In this document: piece after piece, positions 35,017 to 48,543 of the stretch
Position numbering within the stretch: position 1 is the stretch's first letter
How the letters are laid out: every line of letters starts with the position of its first letter
Assembly: GCF_964204645.1 (NCBI RefSeq)
Contig: NC_134026.1
Coordinates: 14,790,150 to 14,854,149, forward strand
DNA from: Tubulanus polymorphus
Lineage: Eukaryota; Animalia; Nemertea
Reading direction: 5' to 3'
Length of the DNA: 64,000 bases
Made by a program: the position numbers and the translations under genes
Notes under the pieces: generated by a model
Seen by the model: the letters and a program-made list of their open reading frames with translations, nothing else
What the model was told of the DNA's origin: nothing
The model's database searches: none

Positions 35017-36915
35017 TCATGACTGATGTAATAGAGACAAAAAAATTTTGTTATTAGTACACATTGCTGGGCTTAACAGATGTCTTTGCAACCGTTTCAT
35101 TTGGCTATTTCGAATATGGCCTTGATATATTCCAATCAAACGGGAATCACAAGGATCAGCAAATAAAGGCTCTACTTCGAAAACCCTGCACAGAATGTAA
35201 TCTTCATGTATTTCAGTTATCTGACAACATGAATCATGGTTTAAAATATACGCATTATTTGGTTTAAATGATGACAACTTATATCTGATTTTTTCTTCTT
35301 CAAATGAAATAGTTTGTTGACCTTCTTCCAAGCGTTTAACAACCTGAGCGAGAGGATTTTTTGCTGATCGTACCATTCTTTTCAATGTTTTCATGTAATT
35401 TTCAAATGGAAATGCACTGAAATTGTCTAAGCAGCCAAATTCTATAACATCTTCACAAAGATGAAGAAGGCAGTGCACATTGTAAATTAGAAATTCTTCT
35501 CCATAGAGTAAGCGAGCTTGTTTAACGAAGTATACAAGGAGTTCTTTGGCATAATTCATATGTTGTTGTCGCTAGTTGTGGCGAAACAAGAAGACGCATA
35601 GCTACCACTAAGCACAGGAAGTGGTCATACATTTCACTAGGGAGTACTCCTTTCAAAACAAGTGGCCCTGTATATAGTAGCAATTGTCTGAATTCTGTAG
35701 CTTTCCACCGATCAACTTCTAACAAACTTCTTGTTTTTCTCGAAAAATATTTAGGTACTGATCCTTTCAATTCTTTCAATTTACCACTTATGATGCTGAC
35801 TTGTTGTTGTGACAATTTAGTTCGATGTTTTGCACGCATCCAAAATAATAACAGTTTTTTCATAACTCCAAGGCAAGTCTGGTGCATATAGTCAACCGGA
35901 AAACATTTAACTAAATCAATATTTGGCAACTGACAAAATGGGGTCACTACGTGGTGATGTTCAGGCTGTGTCTGGTTGCGGAAAGTTTCATCACTTCGCA
36001 GATTCAAATCGTCAATATCTTAGTATGTTACTCTGCCAATATAAAATCCTTTTTGGTCACACTGGTCACACCCATAGTACCCTGAAAACTGTTTTATTCC
36101 TTTCACAAGGGCTTTAGCAGGAGCATCACATATTACTGATGTAACTTTTAACTTCAAATTTTTCTCTTTATAAATGAATCCGTCATTCTGAAGAATTTCT
36201 AGCTCATTGACGACATCTCATTGACGAAATCTAGATCAGATGGTTTGGATCCACATGCAATTGACAATGGAAAAACACATTTTTGTTCAAAATTGACAAT
36301 TGCACAAAGTACAGGCCAGAAACTCAAATTACTGCTCTTAAACAAGGGTAATCCATCAATGTTTAGTTGAATCTCTACCACTGAATTTAAATCATCTAAT
36401 ATCTGATTGGGACATCGATCAAGTACTTTTTCAATCTGTTTTAAGATACCGAAATTGTAGATATGCATCCCAGAATGTTGTGTCACTGTAACTGAACGAC
36501 TAGTATTCAAAAGAGTTTGTGCACAACCAGGTAGATTAGGATGTCTCTTTTTCAAAACCTTCAAAAGTCCATCAACAGCATTTTGTTTGATAGAAAAATT
36601 ATTGGCCCAATCAATAAGTTCATCATGCAGGGAATCATCATCGTTATCAGAATCGGATGAAGACTCAAGGCCTACATCATCAGAATCATTTCCATCATTC
36701 TCTAAATCTGTCAAATAATTGTGATCAAAATTTTCATCGCTTTCAAAATTTTCATTTTGTGCCGGCTCGTGATCTCCTAGATTTAATATTTCATCAACTT
36801 GTAAATCCCGATTTCTATTGACTATCGCATCTCGATCCCTGTTTTGACGCAACCTAATCAGAGTACGATTTGCCCGCATCCATCTTTGACGTTAAGAGGT
36901 TCTATCATTCTCCAT
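35017..36915 (-). pseudogene. CACTA/EnSpm-like transposase, frameshifted
   Basis: NIDGLPLFKSS..FWPVL, CDAPAK, DYMHQTCLGV, RWKATEFRQ and YNVHCLLHL..LDNFSAFPFENY motifs. Confidence 0.85.
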
Positions 36916-37097
36916 TTTTGATATAATTTACTTTACTTAAATGAGTATCCAGCAAGGTTTTCAAAGTAGCCAAAACACAGGTTTTCAGAATAAAAATCTA
37001 TATAAGAAAAAGTAAAAGAAAACGAAATTAAACATCAGTCGAAATATGAAAGCTCTACAAATCTGGCTTTTGCAGCCATCTTGGATGACAATTATAA

Positions 37098-37620
37098 GGT
37101 GCGTTCACACGGCATTATTTAGACCAGTCCAAATTTGGACCAATGTAGTGTAGACCAGACCAATTCTGGTCCAACCAATTTAGACCGGTCTAATTTGGCA
37201 CGGACTGAAAGAGCAAACCAAATTTTGGACCGGACTAAAGCTGAATGTGTGGACAGGTACCAGGTCCAGTCTAAATCGTACTCTGCGGTATGAATTCAAT
37301 TGTATTAAAAATTGATAAAGTTTATCTGTAACTTATAAATTAAAAATTAAATAAGCTCTTTAAAAAAATCAAGAAAGTTAAGGCCAGTTCACATGACCTT
37401 ATTTAGACCGGTCCAATTTAGACAGAAACAAGCATTCACACGGGCAAAAATTCTGTTCCAAATTGGTCCGGTCCATCTTAGACCAGTCTAATTTGGGTCG
37501 ACCTAAAAGAGCCAACCAGGTCCGGTCCAAATTTTGGAACGGACTAAGTCTGTGTGTGTGTGGACAGAAACTGGTACCGGTTCCAGTCTAAATCGTACTC
37601 TGCGGTATGAGTTCAGTTGT
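37098..37620. repeat. Two tandem Harbinger-like terminal segments rich in GGACC/GGTCC; a related inverted segment lies at about 41700-41830
   Basis: GGTGCGTTCACAC and GGCCAGTTCACATGAC starts; both units end CCAGTCTAAATCGTACTCTGCGGTATGA. Confidence 0.5.
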
Positions 37621-37760
37621 ATTAGACTCGTCACCAATTATCGTCATCAAGCTGATTAATATAGTTTTTACATTTCATACAACTTCTTCCTAAAAATTCA
37701 TGTGTATGCTAACAGATTATTATCTATCTTAATATCTAGTATTGGAGTTGTATAGGCTAA

Positions 37761-37924
37761 GGGATCATTCATTTATTACGTACGCATAAAATTGGAATTT
37801 TTCAACCCCCCTCCCCCTCTGTATGCAATATCAGCCATTTTTTTACATACATTAAGCATTACAGTACGCAATTGCACTGACCCCTCCTACCTCGCCTAAT
37901 GCTATGTAATAAATGAATGATCCC
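37761..37924. mobile_element. Tourist/PIF-like MITE
   Basis: TIR GGGATCATTCATTTATTAC / GTAATAAATGAATGATCCC with TAA and TTA flanks. Confidence 0.8.
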
Positions 37925-38140
37925 TTATGCGTTTTAATTGTTCTGGACCCGGTTCCACAGTTCTTGATTAACTTTTAACTCAGAGTTAAATTCCCTAACT
38001 CAGAGTTAAAAGTAACTCGGAGTTAAATCCGGTTCCACAGTTGTGAGTTAAATTTAACTCTAGAGTCAAATTCCTTAACTCAGGGTGAAATTCTAACTCT
38101 GGGTCAGACCTGAATTAAAATGCTTAACTCAGAGTTTAAA

Positions 38141-39937
38141 ATGGCGGCATTCTACTTATTAGCGGGTGGAGAAGCCAAGAATAAAGAATATCGAAGGATT
38201 ACAAATCAACTCGAAATCACGGATGTTGAATGCCATAATAGATATCGCTTTACAAGAACAGGTGTGCAGAGAATCGTTGAAATATGTAGACCATTGATGG
38301 CAGAAAAAACGTGCAATCGTGGATTGCCTTTGACTGTCGAACTGCAAGTTCATATGGCACTTCGATTTTATGCCAGTGGCTCATTTTTGGAGGTAATCGG
38401 AGATAGTTTTGGTGTATCGAAATCAACAGTTTCGAGATCTGTTACTCGTGTAACCGACGCACTTTGCTCGAAGAAAGCAGATTTTATCAAGTTTCCGAGA
38501 GGCCCAGCAGAACTGGCAAAAACGAAATCTGATTTTTATGAAGTCGGAAATTTCCCCGGTGTTATTGGTTGTGTTGATGGAACACATATACGTATTCAAG
38601 CTCCAAGAAATGAAATTGAAAGAGACTTTGTGAACTGAAAAAGTTTTCATTCGATAAATGCACAGGGTGTGTGTAATGCCGATGGTAAGTTCAAGGCCGG
38701 AAATTAACAGGATACTGTCCGATTTGGCAATGTTCTGCGCGTAGTGACTTTTTTTCTTTTCAATGCAGTGTACCATCTAAGTAATTTGTCAGAAACAAAT
38801 GCAAACCCCTCGCTTAGGGAGATTCTCACTGGTGAGAATCAAAAAAATTTAACTTACCAGTACGGTGCCGGCCCTTGATCCTTGTTTGTGATGTATCATT
38901 ATTCCCATAAAAACATAAAAAGTTCCCTGCTTCTATCCATCATTGCATGCAGGACCGTTTACAGAGTCGAAATGAAGCAATCTAGCGTAGGCCCTGGGCC
39001 AAATGCTCATGGATCAATATTTATAAGTACTTATTATCAATATTTTAGTTACATGATTCTTCAACCCCCATGCTGTGTGTATGCGCGTATGCCCTCTCCC
39101 TCTTGCTTAGAGAAAATCTTACGTATAGAAACTGACAAGACAAAAAGAACATATTGTTTGTAACATTTAAATTTACCCATTGGAATAAAAATCGCAACTT
39201 CCAAGGAAAAGGTCTTATTTTCAAACTTGCACGAGCAGCAAGGCTGTATGCTGTTATTTGGACTTTAATTTAAAATCGAAAATAATTTCAACAAAACTAA
39301 TTGTTCTGTCAATAGATTCTTTTTATTTCAGGATTGTTCGTTGATTTTGTCGCCCGTTGGCCTGGCAGCTGCCATGATAGTTTCATCTTTAGATCGTCAA
39401 GTCTCGGAAGGTGAGCAATGCCCCCAGTACATAACAGAATCCTGCGTCAAAATGTATGTGCACATATATTCATGATTTGATTTTAAGGTTCTTAGATGAA
39501 AACCCATGCAGTGGATACCTGCTGGGAGATAGCGGCTACGCGTTGAAGCGATATCTGCTAACTCCGTATGGCAATCCTATAGGTCAACCGCAGGAAAATT
39601 ACAATAGATCGCACAAGAGGACACGATGCGCCATAGAAAGATCATTTGGTTGGCTGAAACGCAGATTTCACTGTCTACATGGAGAATTACGCCTGGATCC
39701 ACGCAAGGCATGCCGAGCCGAGTCATAACAGCCTGTGCTATACTACACAACTTAGCAATTCTCATGAAAGAACCAGTTTTTGATGACAATGATATTGTAT
39801 ATGACGAGGAGGAACCGCTGCAGTCAATAAACGAACCCGAAGATCTACATGGAGCACACATGAGACGATACGTAACAAACACCTTTTTGATTGAATTTCG
39901 AGATCTGTACTCTAAAATTGAAACAATCTATAAATAA
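38141..39937 (+). pseudogene. HARBI1-like DDE transposase, 3 exons (38141-38684, 39332-39410, 39488-39937)
   Basis: [32 protein letters not shown] and [12 protein letters not shown] motifs; GT-AG introns; TGA at 38636 and a frameshift near 39715. Confidence 0.9.
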
Positions 39938-39949
39938 TACAACGACATA

Positions 39950-41311
39950 AACAATCTTCTTTACTCTTCCTTCTCTAGTTTTTTAATTTTCAGTTCCAGG
40001 AGTCGCATTTCCATTTCAACTTTTTTTGCTTTTACTTTCATGTAGTTCACCTGCTCATTGAGAAGATCCTGTTGTGTATAGCGCCTCTTCTTGGCTTTCT
40101 CTAAAATATAGATGTTTTCATGTGTGATGGATGTTCTATATATGACGTATCGAATAATAGATTATTTTTTATTTGGCATTTAATTCGTTACCCAGATTTA
40201 TACGTACCGGTATTTGGAATTGTTCCAATATTATCGGAAGTGCTTATATCTTGAACATGCATCTCAGAAACGTTGGTTTCAGTTGCCGGTAATGGCAAAA
40301 ATGATTCGGTGACTTCGTATACGGTCCCGTCATCCCCCATTAGAGTAATCGGGTTCGACGGTAACGTCTCAATCTTTGATACTAAAATTTAACAGAAAAA
40401 AGTGATTGATTAATCAATACGTCATAATTTAAAATGCTCCCGACTGTTGTTCAAAATTGGGATTCGAACCTAACGAGTCCACGTCTATGACGGTGCATAA
40501 ATTAGCCGGACATGAGCCATTTTTTCTGCACATGGTGTCTGCTAAACTATCGTTTTTAAGCCGAAATGTGCGGAAAATAATCGCAGCACGAGACCAACTG
40601 GATTATCAGAATGATGGGATTTATATGTGCATTAATTTGCAACGCTGGGTCTGTGATGTAACTGCCAAGCCGTAACATGTAAGTTTTATAATCTTATATT
40701 TTCTTGGATTCGGTTCCAGGAAGATATTTAGACGCCATTGCGCATGTGTGTCAAAGGTCAAAATGTAGCACGTCATCAAGCTATCATTTGACGATATGCT
40801 GTTGGGTGAAAGCAAAGTTAAAAACAAAAATGATTGACCCTGTCAGTGAATAAAGATATATATTACCTTCTGGACTTAGTGACATGATTATGGGAGGATC
40901 TAAGTCAAGTGTTGCATCTATTCCGACCCAAGCTTCTCTGTTTTCGTTAGCGCTTATAATTTTCTCCATAGTCTCGTCGACGTTCTTTATCAAATTTTCC
41001 GGTGGTGGCCCCCCTCCAGTTTTGTGTGCTAGTTTCCTTCTTTCCGAATTCATACACTTTGCTTTAGCGCTCATGTTTTTCCATTTGAATTTAAGTTCAT
41101 CTGGTTTTCTCACACAGTGCCCTAGGCTGTTTACTGCACTAGCCACCTCTCCCCATTTCTTCGCTTTCAGCTTGTTTGTGACATCGTTATTCAACTTTGA
41201 AAATAACACATCACCATTTTTCATTACAACGTCAGTGAGAACGGCCATCTCGTCTTTAGTAAAGTTAGGACTTCTTTTTTTAAGCTGTTTTTCGTTGCTG
41301 CACGTTGCCAT
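39950..41311 (-). CDS. Harbinger Myb/SANT-like DNA-binding protein, spliced
   Basis: KRSPNFTKDEM..W..V..VN..R...LKFKWKNM..KTGGGP; splice donor near 40866; coiled-coil last exon. Confidence 0.82.
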
Positions 41312-43499
41312 TTTGAGAATTACCAATTCAAACTCTGAATTAAGATGGTTACTATGGAGATATGACTTTGACTCTGAGTTAGTAAACTCTGAGTTAAATG
41401 AGAACTGTGGAACGCAAAACTAACTCGGAGTCAGCTAACTCAGAGTTAGTTTCTGACCCTGAGTTAAAAACTAACTCTGAGTCAGATTTAATCAAGAACT
41501 GTGGAACCGGATCCTGGAAATTACCTAGAATTTATCATAGATTGATGTGTCCGGATATATGATAAACTGTAATCATCAAAATTGTCCAAATAAAAAACTG
41601 CCGGGACTCATAAATGTATTATTTAGATATAAATGTCGGGGTACAATACTAATAGCGACATCTTGCAGGCCCAGTCATAATCTGCAGCCAATTTAACTTT
41701 GCGTGCATGAATGCACACTGAGATTTCGTCCAGTCCAAATCCGCACCCGGTCCAGTTCAAATTTGGACAGGACCTGGTGCGGACCATTCCCTTCAGACCA
41801 GTCTAACTAGTTGTCATGTGAAGGCGGATTATGTCTGGACATTAAGGAGTTTTTTATTGGCTAGATACATAGACTGGTGGCCGCTTAGTGGAACCTGTCC
41901 GGCCAAGAAATCTTGCAAGCAAGGATGCACTTATACTGGTTTGCAATTATATATTATCAATATCTAATCCATTTCCAATGAGACAGTGGCAAGCGAGGAT
42001 TTAGCGATAATCTGCCAGGTTTCGCTAGTGGCACTGGGTTACCGCGCTTCAATATCCTTCTACATTTCAATTTAAATCGGGTCAACTTTTTTATCAGTAG
42101 GCCTAAATCAATTTTCAGTGAAATCAATACAATACACTGAATGAGAAAGAGAATCTTATAGGCCTATGTATCTGATGACTCGTTTGATAATTTTCGGATT
42201 TGGAAGGAAGCCAAAATATCAAGTTCAAATTTCATTGAAAATGATATTATTTTCACTAATAACCCAGTGTTTTGTAGCGCCATCTGGTGTTGCCGGTATC
42301 CCATTAGTTCCATGAAACAGGTACCGGTACTGTTTGAGTTGAACTGAGTTTGAACTGGTAAAATTTGGTGAATAGTAGGCCTACTAGTAGGCCTAGCTGA
42401 ATTCAAACTGCATTATCCCCATAACTGAATGTAACGCGGTTGTTTCAGTGGCACTGTGTCTGAATCACTGCCAATGCCTTTTTCTAAATATTACAACTGC
42501 ATTTCGCGAAAACTTTAATTTCACTCACGAATGATCATTCTCCAGATTGATAGGCTAATCGCAAAGAGCGCCATGCATACCATACCGGGCAGATGGACCG
42601 GACATATTGAAACTGGGACTACGGACCGGACTTCACCAATCATCTATTATGATTTGAATTTAATGCGACTTTCTTAACACTCGGGCTGATATGAATTTTC
42701 TTGACTTCAGAATTTTTTCTTTTATATCTCTATTTTGCTGATCATATGATAAAAACCGAACTTTCATAATTGATGACGACGCCCATTAATCTAAATTCTA
42801 TTCCTTATAACTGCACTCCTGAGCAACTGTGCCTATAGCTTGCAACTGATGATAGGCCTATATATTATGAATAAATAATTACGCTTAAGTTAAAGTTTTC
42901 ATTCATTCATGGAGCTTGCACTGTCTCTGTTGAATGGACTGGTGGAGGAGAAAGGGAACCCACGGCCAAACGAATTCATTGTTCTCTTTATAAAGAAAAT
43001 TTCATTGTTATTAAACCTATATAGCCATGATGTGGGCTCACTGAATAAACTATAATAGATAATTCATCGGCTGAATGCATAGGGCCTATATTTTATCAAC
43101 CACACAACAGTCCGCTGCCAACGATTCGAATTCGGTGAATTTGAATTCACCTTTGACTTCGTACGCCGACATCAATTTAATATTAAATTCGGGAAGAAAA
43201 CGCTAAGATCAACAAACGACCACACAACGATATTTCAGATATCAGTAAATAATGAATCAATCAGTTTATTCTTACCTTTAAAAACACAATTCGAATGATT
43301 GACGATCCGATTCAATTCGATTATTTAATCTGAGTTAGAGCTTGCAGGAACGCTGCTGTACGAACACAAAGAATTACGGCTGTATCAGAATGCCCACGCT
43401 TCCAGCACGCGTGCGCACAAGTGGCACTCGGAAAAGATGCGCGGATCAGGTTCGAATCCCACGAATATCAACTTTTTAAAAGTCTTTTTTTTTACCGAA

Positions 43500-43890
43500 T
43501 CTAAGAATGTATTCTACATTAGAATTGTTCACAAGAAAATATTCTCAATAAGATTAATGCCTTTTAAAACAAGTTTTGGATAATGTTTCTGTATCGGAAT
43601 AAAGCAACGTTTCTTATACGTTTTACATAAACGTGTTCTAAATGTTTTTCTTAAAACGTTTTTGAAACGTTGAATTATAACTATTCATTTTCAAATAACC
43701 AAGTTTTGTCTGTAAAATAGTATTATAATACTTAAAAGTATGTAATTTTGATATTTTCATTGGTATGTATCATAAAAACAGAAAGTTCAAATTGTTGAAC
43801 GTTTTTAAAATGTTTCTAAAACGTTCCAATAAAACGAAACCAAATCGAAACCAAAACGAAACGTTTCGGAAACGTTTTGTGTTTGCTGGG
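43500..43890 (-). mobile_element. Probable 5' terminus of the CACTA/EnSpm-like element, with AAAACGTT subterminal repeats
   Basis: Minus strand begins CCCAGCAAACACAAAACGTTT followed by many AACGTT repeats; matching far end not found. Confidence 0.55.
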
Positions 43891-44539
43891 TTCTTAGGCC
43901 TTAGGCCTACAGCTTTCTCTATTGGTTAGCGTTGTGATCACTCAAAATTAACCATAAGTTTGAATTCTCACTGATCTACTACATCTCTAAAACAAAAATA
44001 TATTTCATATCAGGCAATTATAGCTTTGATCTGTGGTCAGTGGACAGCAGCTACGAAACATTTAAAACTACTACATTATCATTCCATCTATTCATGTATA
44101 TATAATATGATATCTTCTTTGTTCAGTTTAAAAGTCTTGGTCGTAAAAGTTTGACAAGTCTCGCATGTTGGTACCGATACGCACGTTCACGCGAGTGAAA
44201 TGTGCACGTTACAGGCTCAAATGCGCACGTTACAATTACAAATGGAAACGCTGTTCGTTCAAAACCCTACGAAAAAAAAATCTTATGCATTTCAGCGGAA
44301 TTTCAAAGTTAGCTCGCTACCTACAACAAAAATCGGACAAGACTTTTTCAAGCGACAAATTTAAATGTAAGAGCTAATGTCTATTTATTAATGGATGAGA
44401 CCTGTTTTTCTGGGATATTTTGCTTACTTTTTGGGATACATACCTCATTTATGTCTTACCATGTCCACCTTGCCATGGAGCTAATTCTGTGATATATCTC
44501 CAGGATATACCATTGTTTGACGCATAATTTATGACATCA

Positions 44540-46159
44540 TTATTGGTCATCAAAGATCTCCATACTAGTTGTAGAACACGATCTCCTAGTTTTAACTGGG
44601 ACGCATTGTCTGATAGAATTTCTTCTGGTTTCCCTCGTATAGCAACAAATCTTCTTACAGCTAGGAGGAATTCCTGAGTTCATCACTACTTCTAGATGTA
44701 CAGCTCTGACTGATAAGCATGTAAATAGACATAACCATATCTTCTTCACCTCACTACCCTCCTTCACATTAAAATGACCCATGTAATCGAGACCAACGTA
44801 GGTGAACGGTAGAGATCTCATCAGTCTGTTTGCCGGTAGTGGAGGCATCGATGGTAATTCATACGGTCCGCCTTCTAACAAACGACATACATTACAATCG
44901 TTCAGTACTCTTCTAACCACATCTCGGCCTCGAGGAATCCAGTATTCTTTTCTGACTTCAGCAAGTGTCTGAGCAGTACCAGAATGTAGTTGTTTGCAAT
45001 GACCGTGATACACTACAAGATTAGTGTAATGGTTCTTAGTAGGCAGTAACTTAGGTTGACCTCCGGGCAACTTCAAGTTAGAAACACGTCCATAGCATCT
45101 CAAAATTCCATTTTTGTCCAACTGTAGACCCAAATCGGTTTTCAACTTATTTTTCAAATTTTTCTGTACTGCATTGATGACTTCAGGGAATGCCGATTTC
45201 TGGATAAACTTATCCCATCTCAGTTTGGCTTCTTCAATCAAATGTATGTTCAAACATTCTTCACCGACATGTTCTTTTTTCATCATCTTAAACAGTTTCA
45301 GAATCCATGCTGTTACTCTGAGTAACTTTATAAAGGAGGAGAATTTCTTCATATTCACTTCACATGGACCAATAAACTCAACGCTCAGGAGAGGGGTGCC
45401 CTCCCCAGCCACCAATTCTCCTTCTATTTCTTTAGTAAGAATCATTTCTTGCTCATGTACTTCATCGGCAGATTTATTCCATACCGGCCATTTATTTTCT
45501 TTCATAACAAATTCTGGACCATTCCACCAGATTTTTCTATTCATTTCTTCAACAGTGCATGGTCGAGTCGCAATATCTGCTGGATTTGATGCGCTTTCGA
45601 CATAGTGCCACTGTACAGCTTGGTGTTTTCTAATTTCTTTCAGACGATTTTCGATGAAGACAGGCTGTTTCTTCCTCGACTTGATCCAATTCAACACACA
45701 CTGTGAATCCGTCCACAAATGAGTTTCATCTATTAGGGTTGGTAGTTCGTTCGTCACATAATTTAAACATCTCACGCCAATCAGCACAGCCATTAGTTCC
45801 ATTCTTGGAATGGTACAACCTTTTTTCGGAGCTAACCTCGATTTGGCAAATATCAGATTGACTTTCTGTTCAGTAAAACTCTCAACCTTCAGGTATACAA
45901 GTGTTGAATAAGCTCTATCTGACGCATCACAGAAACATAACAGTAGGTACCTCAATGGATCTTTAACTCCCACATATCTGGGTACCCTCACAGTAGAAAT
46001 CAAGTCTAATTGCCTTTCAATCCTCATCCACAAAGATCTCTGTTCTTCAGTCAAATCATCATCCCAACCTTTTTCTTTCAACCATAACTCTTGAATCAAC
46101 AATTTTCCTCCAAGAATCACTGGGGAAAATAGTCCAAGCGGATCAAAATGAGATGACAA
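44540..46159 (-). pseudogene. BEL pol: RNase H (Pao A17 domain) and integrase, frameshifted and truncated
   Basis: FDPLG, FCDAS, TIPRMELMA, WTDS, NPADIATR, HSG..C..C, GLDYMG and RAVHLE motifs. Confidence 0.92.
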
Positions 46160-46163
46160 TCTC

Positions 46164-48534
46164 CGGTTCCTGAACTTCGCTGAAAAAGCTGAATCACTGA
46201 AACGCTGAAACGCTGAAATAAAAACGCTGAAATTTCAGGGAATTTCCGAAAAACGCCGAAATTTCAGGGAATTCCCGAAAAACGCTGAAATCGTGCTAGG
46301 TACCGACAATACACGTTTTGAAATATTTTCCGGGCCGGTGTCCGCTGCTGAGTCCTGAACCGTGTTTTAGTCTCTACCTTCGGTTACAGAGACATGCATG
46401 GACAGTATGTGTGGAGTATACTTCTAGAGGGCCACTTGTTGGACAAATTAATTCGCTTGAAATCCGGATTTTTAATGCATACAGGCAGCATAATGAGGAA
46501 AACCCATTCACAAACCGTGCAAGCTACCTTAAACACTATGCTCAATATTCCCTGCAAGACGCAAAATATCTTATTTGAACGTTCATGTATAAAACATGGA
46601 GCAACTTTTCTTTTGTCAACACGTTGATGGGCGACGAACTATGTCACTATGGTATTCTCTGAAGGAGGTAAATTAAATTTGACAGCTAGTTATATAAATG
46701 ATGCAGCTTTTGGACAAAAGGGATCTAACTAAATTTCTTTTTAATTCACTGTGGAATGGAATGGAATGGATTGACGCCAATGGCATGCAGTAGGCCCCTA
46801 CATATGGGTCATACTGATTAGCGTCAACCAATTAATCTAAATCGGGCTAACCATTCAACAACTGTGAATAATTTATTTGCTGTGGCGTGATAATAATTAG
46901 TTTTTTTGAAGAAATGACATACCAACTGTTAGAAAAATGTACCGATTCTTATTTTTAGACTACTACTGAATCTATAAAAGGAGGAGTCATAGACAAAGTT
47001 GATTTGCTTAGCTGGTGACACTTCTTGTCAAGTACATCATCTCAAGTACTGGGTGTTTTGTAAGTTTAATTTCAGTATTTATTTACTAAGTGCTGTTCTC
47101 TCGGACCTCAGTGCTTTCAAACTAGGCCCACCCCATAGGCTATATAGTCCAGGGTGCATTAGCCACTATTCTTTTATATCCGACTAAAATTCACCTTTTT
47201 CTATTTTTAGATTCAGGCTTAGAATGTGCAAATTTTTTGAGATACTGAGAAATCAGATGGCACCAGTAAACTTCAACTGCGAAATTTGCAGCAGGATAGC
47301 TGAACGACACAATTTTTAAAAATAAAATGGCTATTCGAATGCTATTTCAATAATAACTTAATTCAACCAGAGAGAAATAAGTCAATTGCGGATGTACAGT
47401 ACACCCACTTTTCTTCCCTGTTTCCTGGTACCAAATTTTTAGTCTTAAGCTAAGCGATATTCTAAGGTATACTAGTGGATTTCATTAGAATATGAAGCAA
47501 TGGAACCAGAATTCTAGCCAGAGTTAAGCGAACTATTGATTCTGATATAATGTAAGAACTGATTTCCTTTGTATACTCTTGCAGAATGTGTTATGTTTTA
47601 TTTCAAGCTGTTAAATAATATAGTTAGACAAATGTCCAATTATTGGATCTTTCTTGTTGACTCGTTTAATTTTGTGAGTTAAGAGTTCCAGTCAATCCAC
47701 AATGTGCAGTGCCTAGCCTTCATCTACACTAAAGCCAAGCCTGTGTATGGGAAAAAAATATCGTTCGACTCCTATAGGCCAGACACATCAAAGCATGCAA
47801 TACATTGCAGATAGTAGTCTCCGGCAAGTCGAAAGAGAAAGTAAACCAGGTTTTACCCCGTACCCTACCCGGGAACAAAGACACTTAAAGATTCCTTCCT
47901 CCTTGTAGAAATTGTAGAAATATGGCACCCAATTGTAGCAATGCTAAGTACAGTATACTATGACGGTTGAACCTTTATTAACGAATTTCAATGACACCGA
48001 AAATAGAATCAAAATAATCATTAGTTCCATGCTAGCACTTAATTTGGGTTATCAGGTTCAGCCTAACTGTACTTTCATTCAGCTACTACTTGTATGAGAC
48101 TTGGCAATGATAAGTTGCAAGAAATCACCAAACATAAGAAAAAATATTGTCAATTAATATTACTGTGATTAAGAATTTATTCAAATGAAGTGATAACTTC
48201 ATTGTTAGATCGTACCGGTATATGCACATAAAACTATGGCAAAAAAACACATCTAACAATCCACGCGATCGATCAAGTCGATCAGAACGACGACCTTAAG
48301 GCATGTCTCTGTAACCGAAGGTAGAGCATAAAACACGGTTCAGGACTCGTCAGCGGACACCGGCCCGGAAAACATTTCAAAACGTGTATTGTCGGTACCT
48401 AGCACGATTTCAGCGTTTTTCGGGAATTCCCTGAAATTTCGGCGTTTTTCGGAAATTCCCTGAAATTTCAGCGTTTTTATTTCAGCGTTTCAGCTTTTCA
48501 GTGTTTCAGCTTTTTCAGCGAAGTTCAGGAACCG
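46164..48534. mobile_element. Non-autonomous long-TIR DNA transposon (MULE-like) inserted in BEL pol
   Basis: About 205-bp TIRs (CGGTTCCTGAACTTCGCTGAAA) and a 9-bp TSD GACAATCTC; no ORF. Confidence 0.85.
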
Positions 48535-48543
48535 GACAATCTC

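Larger units (their letters stand above)
37946..41513. mobile_element. Harbinger transposon, full length
   Basis: TIR GACCCGGTTCCACAGTTCTTGATTAA; 3-bp TSD CTG; subterminal TAACTCAGAGTTA palindromes; convergent transposase and Myb genes. Confidence 0.93.

Noticed and set aside
40435-40520. tRNA gene on the minus strand (GGTTCGAATCCC)
   Set aside because: Only a B-box is present and no cloverleaf; at most a SINE relic in an intron
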